Source: Macrostomum hystrix
Taxonomy: Eukaryota > Animalia > Platyhelminthes
Assembly: GCA_950097015.1 (NCBI GenBank)
Contig: CATNEN010000038.1
Span: 9,238,001 to 9,302,000, forward strand
Length of the DNA: 64,000 bases
Direction of reading: 5' to 3'
In this document: positions 11,800 to 22,502 of the stretch, piece by piece
Position numbering within the stretch: position 1 is the first letter of the stretch
How the letters are laid out: each line of letters starts with the position of its first letter
The notes under the pieces: model-generated
What the model was told of the DNA's origin: nothing
The model's input: only the letters and a program-made list of their open reading frames with translations
Databases searched by the model: none
Position numbers and translations under genes: made by a program

Positions 11800-13020
11800 G
11801 CGAACATTGTGTGTCGAGGAAATGAACTCTTTTTAGGCCCGAGCTCTTCCTGTCGGTTATTTTTTAACGCCAGCGCATTGCCTCTGCGCATAAACGAACT
11901 GCTTTGAGCTTGGCTTCCATGGATACATCGAAGACCATCGGCACGAACTGTGCAAATTAGCAGCGTGCAGCAGATACATCGCAAGACGATACGATCCGAA
12001 CCAACAATCGCAGAAGACATGATAACCTAAATCAAATTCGTACCTAACTGCTTCCACCAGGACCCTTTCACTCAGAGACAACCCGCCACACCCGAGACCT
12101 CGACCGATTCTCAGTTCTCAGCCCTGCTAGAGTGTACTAAGAAGTTGCTGACGTAACCGGATCTAGCTTCGCAAATGCAATACAGTTTTATACCATATCG
12201 CGCTCTCTTAGATGGAATATTCTGACGAAACATGACGCGACCCCTGCACAGGACTAGCTCTTCATCGACGCTAATTTCCTTTTCTGGCATGCAAACGTTG
12301 CGACAAATCTCAGCTACACGCGCAATTATTGGTCTCGCCTTTGCTAGTGGGTCGTTTCCATCGAAGTTGTTGCAGTCATAGAATCGCAGTAGGCTACTGA
12401 TCTGTTGGTACCTGTCTCTTGTTAGGCAAACGAGTTTTTTAAAAAAGGTGTCGCGTAGAAATCATCGTTGCTCCAATAGCTGGCTACGAGTATCTCTGGC
12501 TTTTCAACTATTCCCATGTAAAGCAACATAGCGACAAACTGTTTTATCTTGTTGCGGAAGGTTCTGCATCGGCGCTTGACTCACTTCACTTAGCTGCAGG
12601 GGGCATCCTTCGGATGCAGTGGGGAGGCGTTGCCGCCCATTCCGCTAGCCCGTGGTGCATCGACGCTTGCAGCTTATCGAATTTATGCCATTTGGTCCCA
12701 TTGCAGAGTTGTTGCAGCAGACCAACGGTCAGAAATAGCTTTAAAAACGCTGCTGGATCGTCATCGGCGATCTCTGGCCTCGGCAAGTCAGTGTCCAGGC
12801 CGGGCATTCCCAAGAACTCGGGTTCTACATCAGGCCGTTGATCCTGCCCAGGTTCCCGTGCCGCCCAAGCATCATTCAGAAAGTTGTCGACAACTTCATT
12901 TGGCTGGAGATAGATGTCCTCCACTATCTCCCCTTCATCCTCGTCCGCAGTTAGCCATTCTTCCTCCTTCTCAAATTCGGAGTCGGTATCTGGATCAAAA
13001 TGTACTTGAGCCGCAGCCAT
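11800..13020 (-). pseudogene. piggyBac (PGBD-like, DDE_Tnp_1_7) transposase relic, frameshifted and 3'-truncated
   Basis: Minus-strand translation gives an acidic N-terminus, then PAAFLKLFLT, KIKQFVAMLLYMGIV, SYWS, LTRDRYQQISSLLRF, DPLAKARPII, ISVDEELV, FRQNIPSKRARYGIKLYCICEARSGYV and GYHVFCDCWFGS. These are the piggyBac motifs around the first two catalytic Asp. Several frameshifts; no TTAA-CCC termini seen. Confidence 0.9.
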
Positions 13021-13445
13021 GACGAACACGTGGACTACTAAATTGTCGTTATATCTACTTGGGTAGCCCGAAACTGTCAAATACTGTAATTATACTAAGT
13101 TAAAAAGGTGCTGAGCACCAAATTACTCAAAACTAATTTGCACTTGTTCTTGATTCGATTCAAACTTTATTTCAAAAGGTCAATCACATCAACTCATATC
13201 TACTCACCCACCCACCCATTACCCGCGCCCACTCTAATCTGTTCTTTGCTTTCATGGTTATCCTAAGCAGTTTAGGGGTAGTGCAAACTGCTTGTTTGTT
13301 TAAGGCAAGATTCGGTCGCTCAGTGATTTTGGCCATAGACTAAAGGCAGCTGAGTGAGCACGTACAGGCACAGCGGATGGTCTATCTATATTAGCGTATT
13401 TAGCTCGAAACAGCTTAATGACAAGACCAAAAATATTTTTGTAAA

Positions 13446-13731
13446 ACTAAACTCAGTAATCAACCCCAGCAATAAATCACTAAACTCAGTAATCAACCCC
13501 AGCAATAAATCACTAAACTCAGTAATCAACCCCAGCAATCAATCACTAAACTCAGTAGTTAACCCCAGCAATCAATCACTAAACTCAGTAGTTAACCCCA
13601 GTAATAGATCACTAAACTCAGTAGTTAACCCCAGCAATCAATCACTAAACTCAGTAGTTAACCCCAGTAATAGATCACTAAACTCAGTAGTTAACCCCAG
13701 CAATCAATCACTAAACTCAATAGTCAGCCCC
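13446..13731. repeat. 33-bp tandem repeat immediately 5' of the Ly6-like copy 1 ATG (~8.5 units; ~2.5 units at 21190-21272 in copy 2)
   Basis: CTAAACTCAGTAGTTAACCCCAGCAATCAATCA units. Confidence 0.93.
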
Positions 13732-13735
13732 AAAG

Positions 13736-14416
13736 ATGAACAAGCTGCAGGCACTGTTACTGATTGCGCTAGTGCTGCTCGTCTTTGGTGAGTACTAAAG
13801 CTTTGTATCTATTTAACTAGAGTTCCAGAACTGATTAATGTTGGTCTACTCTTCTCGGAGTTTGACACTGTAAGCTTGACTATTGCAGTTTTAATTTTAT
13901 ATTTCAGAATTTCAGACTGTGAGTGGTCTTAAGTGCTACGTGTTCACATCGTCGAATGCGGGCTATCGTACACAAACATGCGCAAAAAACGAGCATTGCA
14001 TAACTATCTCTTTAAAAAGCAATACAGTAAGCTGCTGCTTTTATTAAGCCGTGCCATGGTTACTAATTAACTCTGAAAGGTTGAACTGCGAATTCTTTCA
14101 GCGACTCTCTCACTCCGACTCCTTTCAGAGTGCACAACTCCTTTCGACCGGCATATGTGCACAACAATTCTATTGCACCATTACGACAAATGTTTTAGAC
14201 CTGAGTGTCCATAATGGCTCCTGCGTCGCATGTGCTACTAACTTGTGCAACACACCGCCCAAAAACATCGCGGCCTCCACCACCATCGTGGCCTCCAACA
14301 CCATCGCGGCCTCCAAAGCGGCCTCCAAAGCGGCCTCCAAAGTCGGCGTGGGCCTGACTGTCAACCCAAAAATCGCCGCATTCGCCGCAGTGGCCGCAGT
14401 GGCCACCCTGTGGTGA
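13736..14416 (+). CDS. Ly6/uPAR (three-finger)-like secreted, probably GPI-anchored protein, copy 1; exons 13736-13787, 13908-14026, 14129 (alt 14102)-14416
   Basis: Signal peptide MNKLQALLLIALVLLVF with a phase-1 intron. Mature region LKCYVF..QTCAKNEHCITI..GICAQQFYC..GSCVACATNLCN has 8 Cys, an LxC start and a CN end. It is followed by an Ala/Ser/Thr stalk and a hydrophobic C-terminus (IAAFAAVAAVATLW*). Splice sites are conserved in copy 2. Confidence 0.85.
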
Positions 14417-15148
14417 AGCTCAGCTGAAGCTCAGTATACACACTCCATCATAGATTTCATCATCGACCCCATCAAAGACTTTATAAAAAATTCCTGTTAA
14501 AAACTGAATCAACTGGCTCGCATACTTTGTTTCTATAACAGATCATAAACTTTTCTTACTTAAAGTAAAAATGAAAACGTAAAATAAATTGTTCGCCCAG
14601 TTTGCTGATTGCGTGAAAACCAACAAGTCCTTAAAAATCCTTCTATTTGGTTGAAGCTGCGGTCTCGCAGTATCAAAACACACGGAACAAAAAACACTCG
14701 TACAAAGGACAGAGCTAATCTTAACGACAAATATAAAATAGTCAAGAATGGGGTGGGTGACAAGCAGAGGGGTAGAACCACAGAATACACCAGAATGCTC
14801 AATCAGCTTCCAAATCTAAAGCCGAAATATAAAGCCATAGACACTACTCCTGAGGTGAAGAAGAGTTAAGTAGTACTAAAATTTGAGAAGTAGTCACCCT
14901 TTTGTATGTCTATTCAAGTTGGAAATTTTTATGGACAGAGAGGCCCGATTGTATATTTGCAGCTGTAGCGACATAAAAATGCTGATATTATTTTTGAGCA
15001 TTCAACGCAAACTAGAACAGTTAAGAAACAGCAGAATGAGCAGCAGTTTAAGCAATTGGGTACGTGATGCAGCTGTACATAAAAATTGAACATGAAATTT
15101 GCAAACTAGAACAGTTTAGAAACAGCAACATGAGCAGCAGTTTAAGCA

Positions 15149-16455
15149 TCAAACAACAGGCATCCTATACTTTAGCGGATAACAGGCGCCGCAGCTTTCG
15201 TTGTTCTGCTGAAGCTGTACTCGTACTCGGAGCTCCGCGCTTCCTGGCAGCTCGAAATATTGCCTGTTGAGCTTTGCACCAGTGATGTAACCGCCGTTTT
15301 CAGTGTGTTGCATATTCCTTTTTTCTAGGAAACGCATGCCCTCATTGCAACCATCGCGACTTAGGAGACCCATTTTGCAGTCCTGGCAAGCGGTGCGCAA
15401 CCGCAACAAGCAATGAAGCATCCAACCTCCAACATAGGAACTGATAGGGAACTTCTCACCATCCGCTTTGATTTCATCGGTGATTGGCTGAATGAGATTG
15501 GTTAACATGGGAACTGAACTGTCGGGTTTGCAGTTGTTAGCAAACGATGGGCAGCCAAGTAACTGGTTGACGGCCAGTGAGCGGAATGCCGCAGCAGCTT
15601 CTTTATACTCCGGACAGTCATTGAAGCCGCCTCGTCGTCGGATGCATGCAAAGCCATTCTCTACATGATCTTGAGTAAGATTTCTGGACAACACAGATTT
15701 GCAGTCTCCACTGGAAAGCATTTGCATAGACACAACCTTTAGTGATCTCAAACTGAGCTGCCAACCTTCGTGAAAGCTGAGACCATGATACTGTTTTCCA
15801 ATTCTTTTTAAGAACCTCAGAGAGTTCAGCCAGCCGATCCAATAATCAATTTCTTGACTTTTTGCCTGCAGGTTCTCAGCAGTAATGGCCTTGAATGATG
15901 CTGCGTTATTGGTGAGGTCAAAAAGCTTGTCTACTTGCTCACAGAACTTAGCCGTACCAGAAGAGGTTGGAGAAGAAAGCAATCCGTGTTCCTGGTACAC
16001 AGCAATTGCGTGCGCCATGGTACGGGAAAGAACTTGCGCTGCAGTCTTAGTTGGGCACCTTGGGCACCAGTCTTAGTTGGTCAGGCTTTGCAAATTCGAA
16101 TCCAGACACCGAGAGAATGTCATCCCAACTAGCTGCCAGCCTTGTACTACCAGAGTCAAATTCAATGGTGTACTTCTGCAGCGCGTAGCGCTGTTTTTGA
16201 TGCAGTGGGGAACATCGATCAGGACAGGTATTTCTGTCTCAGTTCTGTCGCTCAGCTTTATTGCCACATTCGAATGGGCTGCAGTGGCTCCTAGTTTCTT
16301 CAAAGACTTCCACTGCGTCGGCTGTTGGTCGCAGACGAGGGCACAAACTTTGAGTCTCATTCTTTTGGCCGCAGTCAAAGATTCCGACAGAATCTGCAAA
16401 AACCTTGGTTGACCAGGAGAATGGTGAACCAAGTAGTGTCCAATGGGCTGCTTCC
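15149..16455 (-). pseudogene. P-element/THAP9-type transposase relic
   Basis: Motifs WKQPIGHY, ALVCDQ, LIDVPHCIKN, AAQVLSRT, TAKFCEQVDKLFDLTN and LTQDHVENGFACIRRRGGFND. Frameshifts, an apparent internal deletion near 16045-16085, and the 5' part replaced by minisatellite A. Confidence 0.9.
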
Positions 16456-18100
16456 AGGGGCGGATGGAATTTCTAACTGAGGGCGGATTCAAGGGCGTAT
16501 GGCATTTCTAAAAGATGGTGGATTCAGGGGTGGATTCGATTTCTACCTTAGGGTGGATTCAGGGGCGGATTCAGGGGCGGATTCGATTTCTACCATAGGG
16601 TGGATTCAGGGGCGGATTCAGGGGCGGATGGGATTTCTAAAAGATGGTGGATTCAGGGGTGGATTCAGGGGCGGATTCAGGGGCGGATTCAGGGGCAGAT
16701 TCGATTTCTACCTTGGTCGGATTCAGGGGCGGATTCAGGGGCGGATTCGATTTCTACCTTGGTCAGATTCAGGGGTGGATTCAGGGGCGGATTCGATTTC
16801 TACCATAGGGTGGATTCAGGGGCGGATTCGATTTCTACCATAGGGTGGATTCAGGGGCGGATTCGATTTCTGCCATAGGGTGGATTCAGGGGCGGATTCG
16901 ATTTCTACCTTGGGCGGATCCAGGGGTTTTTTTTGGGGTTGGTAGGGAGCGGATTTTTTAAGGATTGGTAGATAACGGATTGTTTAGGTGTTGGTAAAGA
17001 GCGGATTTTTTTGGGGTTGGTAGGGAGCGGATTTTGGTGTTGGTAGGGAGCTTATTTTGGGATTGGTAGGCAGCGTATTTAGAAGTTGGTAGAGAGCGGA
17101 TTTAGGAGTAGGTAGGAAGCGGATATTGGGTTTGGAAGGAAGCGGATTTAGGAATTGGTTAGGAGCGGATTTTGGACTTGTTAGGGAGCGCATTTTAGGT
17201 TTGGTAGGGAGCGGATTTAGGAGTTGGTAGGGAGCGGATTTAAGAGTTGGTTGGGAGCGGATTTTGGGGTTGTTAGGGAGCGAATTTTGGGTTTGGTAGG
17301 GAGCTTATTTTGGGATTGGTAGGCAGCGGATTTAGTAGTTGGTAGGGAGCGGATTTAGGAGTGGTTAGGGAGCGGATTGGGTGGTTGGTAGGGAGCTAAT
17401 TTTTGGGTTGGTAGGGAGCGGATTTAGGAGTTGGTAGGGAGCGGATTTAGGAGTTGGTAGGTAGCGCATTCTGGCTGCCATCTGGTTATGGTTGGTAGGG
17501 AGCGGATATTGTGTTTGGTAGGGAGCGGATTTAGGAGTTGGTAGGGAGCGGATTTAGGAGTTGGTAGGGAACGGATTTAAGAGTTGGTTGGGAGCGGATT
17601 TTGGGGTTGTTAGGGAGCGGATTTTGGGCTTGGTAGGGAGCGGATTTAGGAGTTGGTACGGAGCGGATATTGTGTTTGGTAGGGAGCGGATATTGGGTTT
17701 GGTAGGGAGCGGATATAGGAGTTGGTTGGGAGCGGATATTGTGTTTGGTAGGGAGCGGATATTGTTTTTGGTAGGGAGCGGATATTGTTTTTGGTAGGGA
17801 GCGGATTTAGGAGTTGGTAGGGAGCGGATATTGTGTTTGGTAGGGAGCAGATATTGGGTTTGGTAGGGAGCGGATATAGGAGTTGGTAGGGAGCGGATAT
17901 TGTGTCTGGTAGGGAGCGGATTTAGGAGTTGATTGGGAGCGGATTTTGGGGTTTGTAGGGAGCTGATTTTGGGGTTGGTAGGGAGCGGATTTAGGAGTTG
18001 GTAGGGAGCGGTTATTGTGTTTGGTAGGGAGCGGATATTGGGTTCGGTAGAGAGCGGATATAGGAGTTGGTTGATAGCGGATTTTGGGGTTGTTAGGGAG
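16456..18100. repeat. Second copy of G-rich minisatellites A (16456-16925) and B (16935-18100)
   Basis: Same units and order as 1-2675, without the 1250-1770 spacer. Confidence 0.95.
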
Positions 18101-19039
18101 CCGTCCGCAGCAGCTGTTGCTTCAAAGCCATGCAGCGGTGCCGCCAATTATAATTCCCGCCGCGAAGTGCGACAAAGAAGACTCGGGCTGCTTTGAAGCC
18201 TGGGTAAATGATCACTCAACTCTACTCAAAGCTCTACTTCTCAAACCTGTCTACTCTACTCAAAGCTCTACTTCTCAAACCTGTCTACTCTACTCAAAGT
18301 TCTACTTCTTGAACCTGTCTACTCTACTCAAAGCTCTACTTCTTGAACCTTTCTACTCTACTCAAAGCTCTACTTCTCAAACCTGTCTACTCTACTCAAA
18401 GCTCTACTTCTCAAACATGTCTACTCTACTCAAAGCTCTACTTCTTGAACCTTTCTACTCTACTCAAAGCTCTACTTCTCAAACCTGTCTACTCTACTCA
18501 AAGCTCTACTTCTCAAACCTGTCTACTCTACTCAAAGCTCTACTTCTCAAACCTGTCTACTCTACTCAAAGTTCTACTTCTTGAACCTGTCTACTCTACT
18601 CAAAGCTCTACTTCTTGAACCTTTCTACTCTACTCAAAGCTCTACTTCTCAAACCTGTCTACTCTACTCAAAGCTATACTTCTCAAACCTGTCTTCTCTA
18701 CTCAAAGCTCTACTTCTTGAACCTGTCTACTCTACTCAAAGCTCTACTTCTCAAACCTGTCTACTCTACTCAAAGCTCTACTTACTTCTCAAACCTGTCT
18801 ACTCTACTCAAAGCTCTACTTACTTCTCAAACCTGTCTACTCTACTCAAAGCTCTACTTACTTCTCAAACCTGTCTACTCTACCTAAAGCTCTACTTCTC
18901 AAACCTGTCTACTCTACTCAAAGCTCTACTTCTCAAACCTGTCTACTCTACTCAAAGCTCTGCTTCTCAAACCTGTACCGGTGACCTTCGCGATGATTCA
19001 CCAGGTTCTTATTTAACAAGCAATTTTTTAGTTTGCTAG
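18101..19039 (+). pseudogene. Deleted duplicate of gene X: 3' part of exon 1, family C array (18218-18975), 3' part of exon 3
   Basis: 18101-18215 matches 7412-7526 and 18974-19039 matches 9751-9816. Start codon, exon 2 and the exon 3 acceptor are missing. Confidence 0.85.
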
Positions 19040-20594
19040 GCTCTTGGTTTTGTTTATTTAAATAAACTTTCTGTCTCGTTCTTCATATATAATTATTTTG
19101 TTTAAAACTTGTGCAGAAGCTTTTTGAACTCGCGCCAAATTGAATCATTTGATTGTCTTTATTCAAGCCGGAAAACTGGCACAGTGGTGGCAATGGCAAC
19201 TCCAGCATTTTTTACAATCTGTTTAGAGCCACAAATCAGAGTTAAATTTTTCATTTTGTACTTTTCAATGCATTCGCGCTTTCATTTGCCTGTGTACAAT
19301 TTGCATTATTATTTGAGTCATTTCTGACTATAAATAGTTTTGCCTACTGTTCTGCTGGATGTACTCATGTGAGATAATGTCAGTAGAATATATATATTAA
19401 CTATTCCCCCATTGAAATCCCGAGTACTAACGAGTTTATTAGCTCAATCAGGATTGGATCAGTTTTTGGACAGTCCCTCTGGTCTTGTTTCATTTCTGTG
19501 TTAAAAGTATGAACTCTTTTTTCTGTCTACTGGTGAATGTGCAATAAATAAAAGACTGGACTTCAACCTCTAATACGAAATAAATTGGAAACAAAAAATC
19601 TGGCTTCATGGACTATACAAGCTACAATTATATTGCTATAAGACTCGATAAATATTAAATACAAATTTTCCATAGAGACTCACTGCCTAAAAACGTAAAC
19701 AAAGTACAGGACGTAAAAAGTATTGTGTTATTACTATTTTTTGTCATTGGTACTAAAAGCTAGATTCCACATATGCGAAGGCTTGCTGGCTTTTCGTGCA
19801 ATTTATACGCCCTTCAGAAGGCCAACGATAAGACTGCGCCCCTTACTGTGTCTGAGGGGCAAAGTAAGAGTGTTCACTGCCTGGCACCCCATCTCTGCCA
19901 CTCTCACCCTCTGCCACTCTCACCCTCTGCCACTCTCACCCTCTGCCACTCTCACCCTCTGCCACTCTCACCCTCTGCCACCCTTTCCACTCCCAGGATT
20001 TTGATTCCAATCCCAGGATTTAGAATCCAATCACAATTACAGGACCCACAATGACAGTGAAATATTAGTTTTATAGTGAGTCCAGTTTTTTAGTAAAATG
20101 TTTTAAGAATCAAAGCAATTGTGGTTTTGTTTATTTCATTCTCCATCGTGATTTTTTCGCAGCCTCTATTATTACCAAAGGCTAACGCTCGTATTACTAA
20201 TCTAATTTCACAATTATATTCATCTTTGTACATTTCAACCTGTCACTGTGGTCCGGTTTCGCTAGTCTCACCAAATTTTGCAGCTGAATTAACTGCTTTA
20301 GTCTCATTTAATTCTAATGCATTGATTTAGTCACACGCGCAATACAGACTACTGACCATTTTATTGGTGAGTAGAGTCATCAGCATTGTTGTTATCTCTT
20401 TAGAAATATATATTTCTCTTAATTTTTTCAACTTTTTTTCATCTGTACTTCTTTTAACCGTTAAAAGCGATTTTCACACCTGCTTAACTTCACTAAGCAC
20501 CGAATGAGAGTAACAGGTACTCAAGACTCGACACAAGAAGTACATAACTTCCTCGATTAACTAAGCTGTTCTTGGTGGCAAAATAATTCACATA

Positions 20595-20855
20595 GACACA
20601 GGAGAGGTGAGACACGGGAGAGTTGAGACACGGGAGAGATAGACACGGGAGAGATGAGACACGGGAGAGATGAGACACGGGGTAGAGGTGAGACACGGGA
20701 GAGATGAGGCACGGGAGAGATGAGGCACGGGGTAGAGGTGAGACACGGGGTAGAGGTGAGACACGGGGGAGAGATGAGATACGGGAGAGATGAGACACGG
20801 GTAAGATGAGACTCGGGAGAGATGAGACACGGGAGAGATGAGGCACGGGAGAGAG
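20595..20855. repeat. Degenerate 18-bp purine-rich repeat (GAGATGAGACACGGGAGA)
   Basis: Tandem units; the reverse complement resembles the internal repeats of the hAT MITEs at 24854 and 29037. Confidence 0.9.
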
Positions 20856-21277
20856 GTGCTGAGCACCAAATTACTCATTTCTAATTTGCACTTGTTCTTG
20901 ATACGATTCAAAATTTATTTCAAAAGGTCAATCACATCAACTCATATCTCCTCACCCACCCACCCATTACCCGCCCCACTCCAATCTGCTCTTTGCTTTC
21001 ATGGTTATCCTAAGCAGTCCAGGGGTAGTGCAAACTGCTTGTTTGTTTAAGGCACGATTCGGTCGCTCATTGATTTTGGCCATAGACTAAAGGCAGCTGA
21101 GTGAGCACGTACAGGCACAGCGGATGGTCTATCTATATTAGCGTATTTAGCTCGAAACAGCTAAATGACAAGACAAAATATATTTGTAAAACTCAGAAGT
21201 CAACCCCAGCAATAAATCACTAAACTCAGTAGTCAACCCCAGCAATAACTCCCTAAACTCAGTTGTCAACCACAAAG

Positions 21278-22027
21278 ATGAACAAGCTGCAGGCACTGTT
21301 ACTGATTGCGCTAGTGCTGCTCGTCTCTGGTGAGTACTAAAGCTTTGTATCTATTTAACTACCGCGCCCATTGGCTTTCCAGCTGCCTTAATCGTTTCCG
21401 GTGATCTTGTGTGCGTGCTTTCAGCTTGATTGGCTGCGGCAATCGCTTCGCTCGCTCTTTCTCGCTATCTCTAACTAGAGTTCCAGGACTGATTAATGTT
21501 GGTCTAGTCTTCTAGGAGTTTGAAACTGTAAGCTTGACCATTGGGGTTTTAATTTTATATTTCAGAATTTCAGATTGTGAGTGGTCTACAGTGCTACTTG
21601 TTCGAATCGTCGAAACCAGGCTATCGTACACTTACATGCGCAGCAAACGAGCCGTATTGCGTAACTCTCTTTTCTAATAGCACTACAGTAAGCTGCTGCT
21701 TTTATTAAGCCGTGCTGGTTACTAATTAACTCTGAAAGGTTGAACTGCGAATTCTTTCAGAGTGCACAAGTCTATTCGATCGGCTCATGTGCACTACTAT
21801 TCGATTGCGACAAGTTCAAAAATCAGCACCAGAGAGACCATCAGCGCTCCTGCGTCGAATGTTTTACTGACTTGTGCAACACACCGCCCAAAAACATCGC
21901 GGCCCCCAACACCATCGTGGCCTCCAAAGCGGCCTCCAAAGCGGCCTCCAAAGTCGGCGTGGGCCTGACTGTCAACCCAAAAATCGCCGCATTCGCCGCA
22001 GTGGCCGCAGTGGCCACCCTGTGGTGA
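21278..22027 (+). CDS. Ly6/uPAR (three-finger)-like GPI-type protein, copy 2; exons 21278-21329, 21566-21687, 21761-22027
   Basis: Spliced translation: MNKLQALLLIALVLLVSEFQIVSGLQCYLFESSKPGYRTLTCAANEPYCVTLFSNSTT|SAQVYSIGSCALLFDCDKFKNQHQRDHQRSCVECFTDLCNTPPKN...VATLW*. Intact frame with GT-AG introns of phase 1 and 0. Confidence 0.87.
21362..21471. mobile_element. 110-bp insertion in intron 1 of Ly6-like copy 2 with a 6-bp target-site duplication
   Basis: TAACTA at 21356-21361 and 21472-21477; copy 1 has the empty site (TTTAACTAGAG). Confidence 0.75.
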
Positions 22028-22247
22028 AGCTCAGCTGAAGCTCAGTAAACACTCCATCATAGACTTCATCATAGACCCATCAAAAACTTTATAAAAAATT
22101 CCTGTTAAAAAACTGTAGTAGAGGGTTGTAAGTAGTAAAAGAGGTTGAGAGCAAGGCGGTGGTTCTTTTGGTTTATTTGATTGGTCTTGTAACCAAGTTA
22201 AAGGGGGGAAAGGAGAGGCGTAAAGATTATCCACAGTGGCCGTCGTT

Positions 22248-22502
22248 TATTTATAAGTCAGACGGAGCATCGCCGGAAACTTCTAGAACATTCTGCGCAT
22301 TAAAAAAAATAGGTGTAAATTATTTTTTCTAATTAGTTCTGTATTATTTGTTTGATGTACTAAACTACTATAATTAATAAAACATAGAAATAATATAAAT
22401 GCGAGTATTGAAATTAAATCATAGAAAACTCAAAAGTATTAAATCGCAATTTACCGAAGAAGTTTCTAGAAATTAATTATTATCAAACTTTCGCGACGTC
22501 AC
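22248..22502 (-). promoter_or_regulatory. Heat-shock-type promoter facing leftward: TATA plus two HSEs
   Basis: Perfect 4-unit HSE gGAAa-cTTCt-aGAAc-aTTCt (22275-22294), 3-unit HSE aGAAg-tTTCt-aGAAa (22458-22472), minus-strand TATAAATA (22248-22255) and a CRE-like GACGTCA near 22495. Confidence 0.6.
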
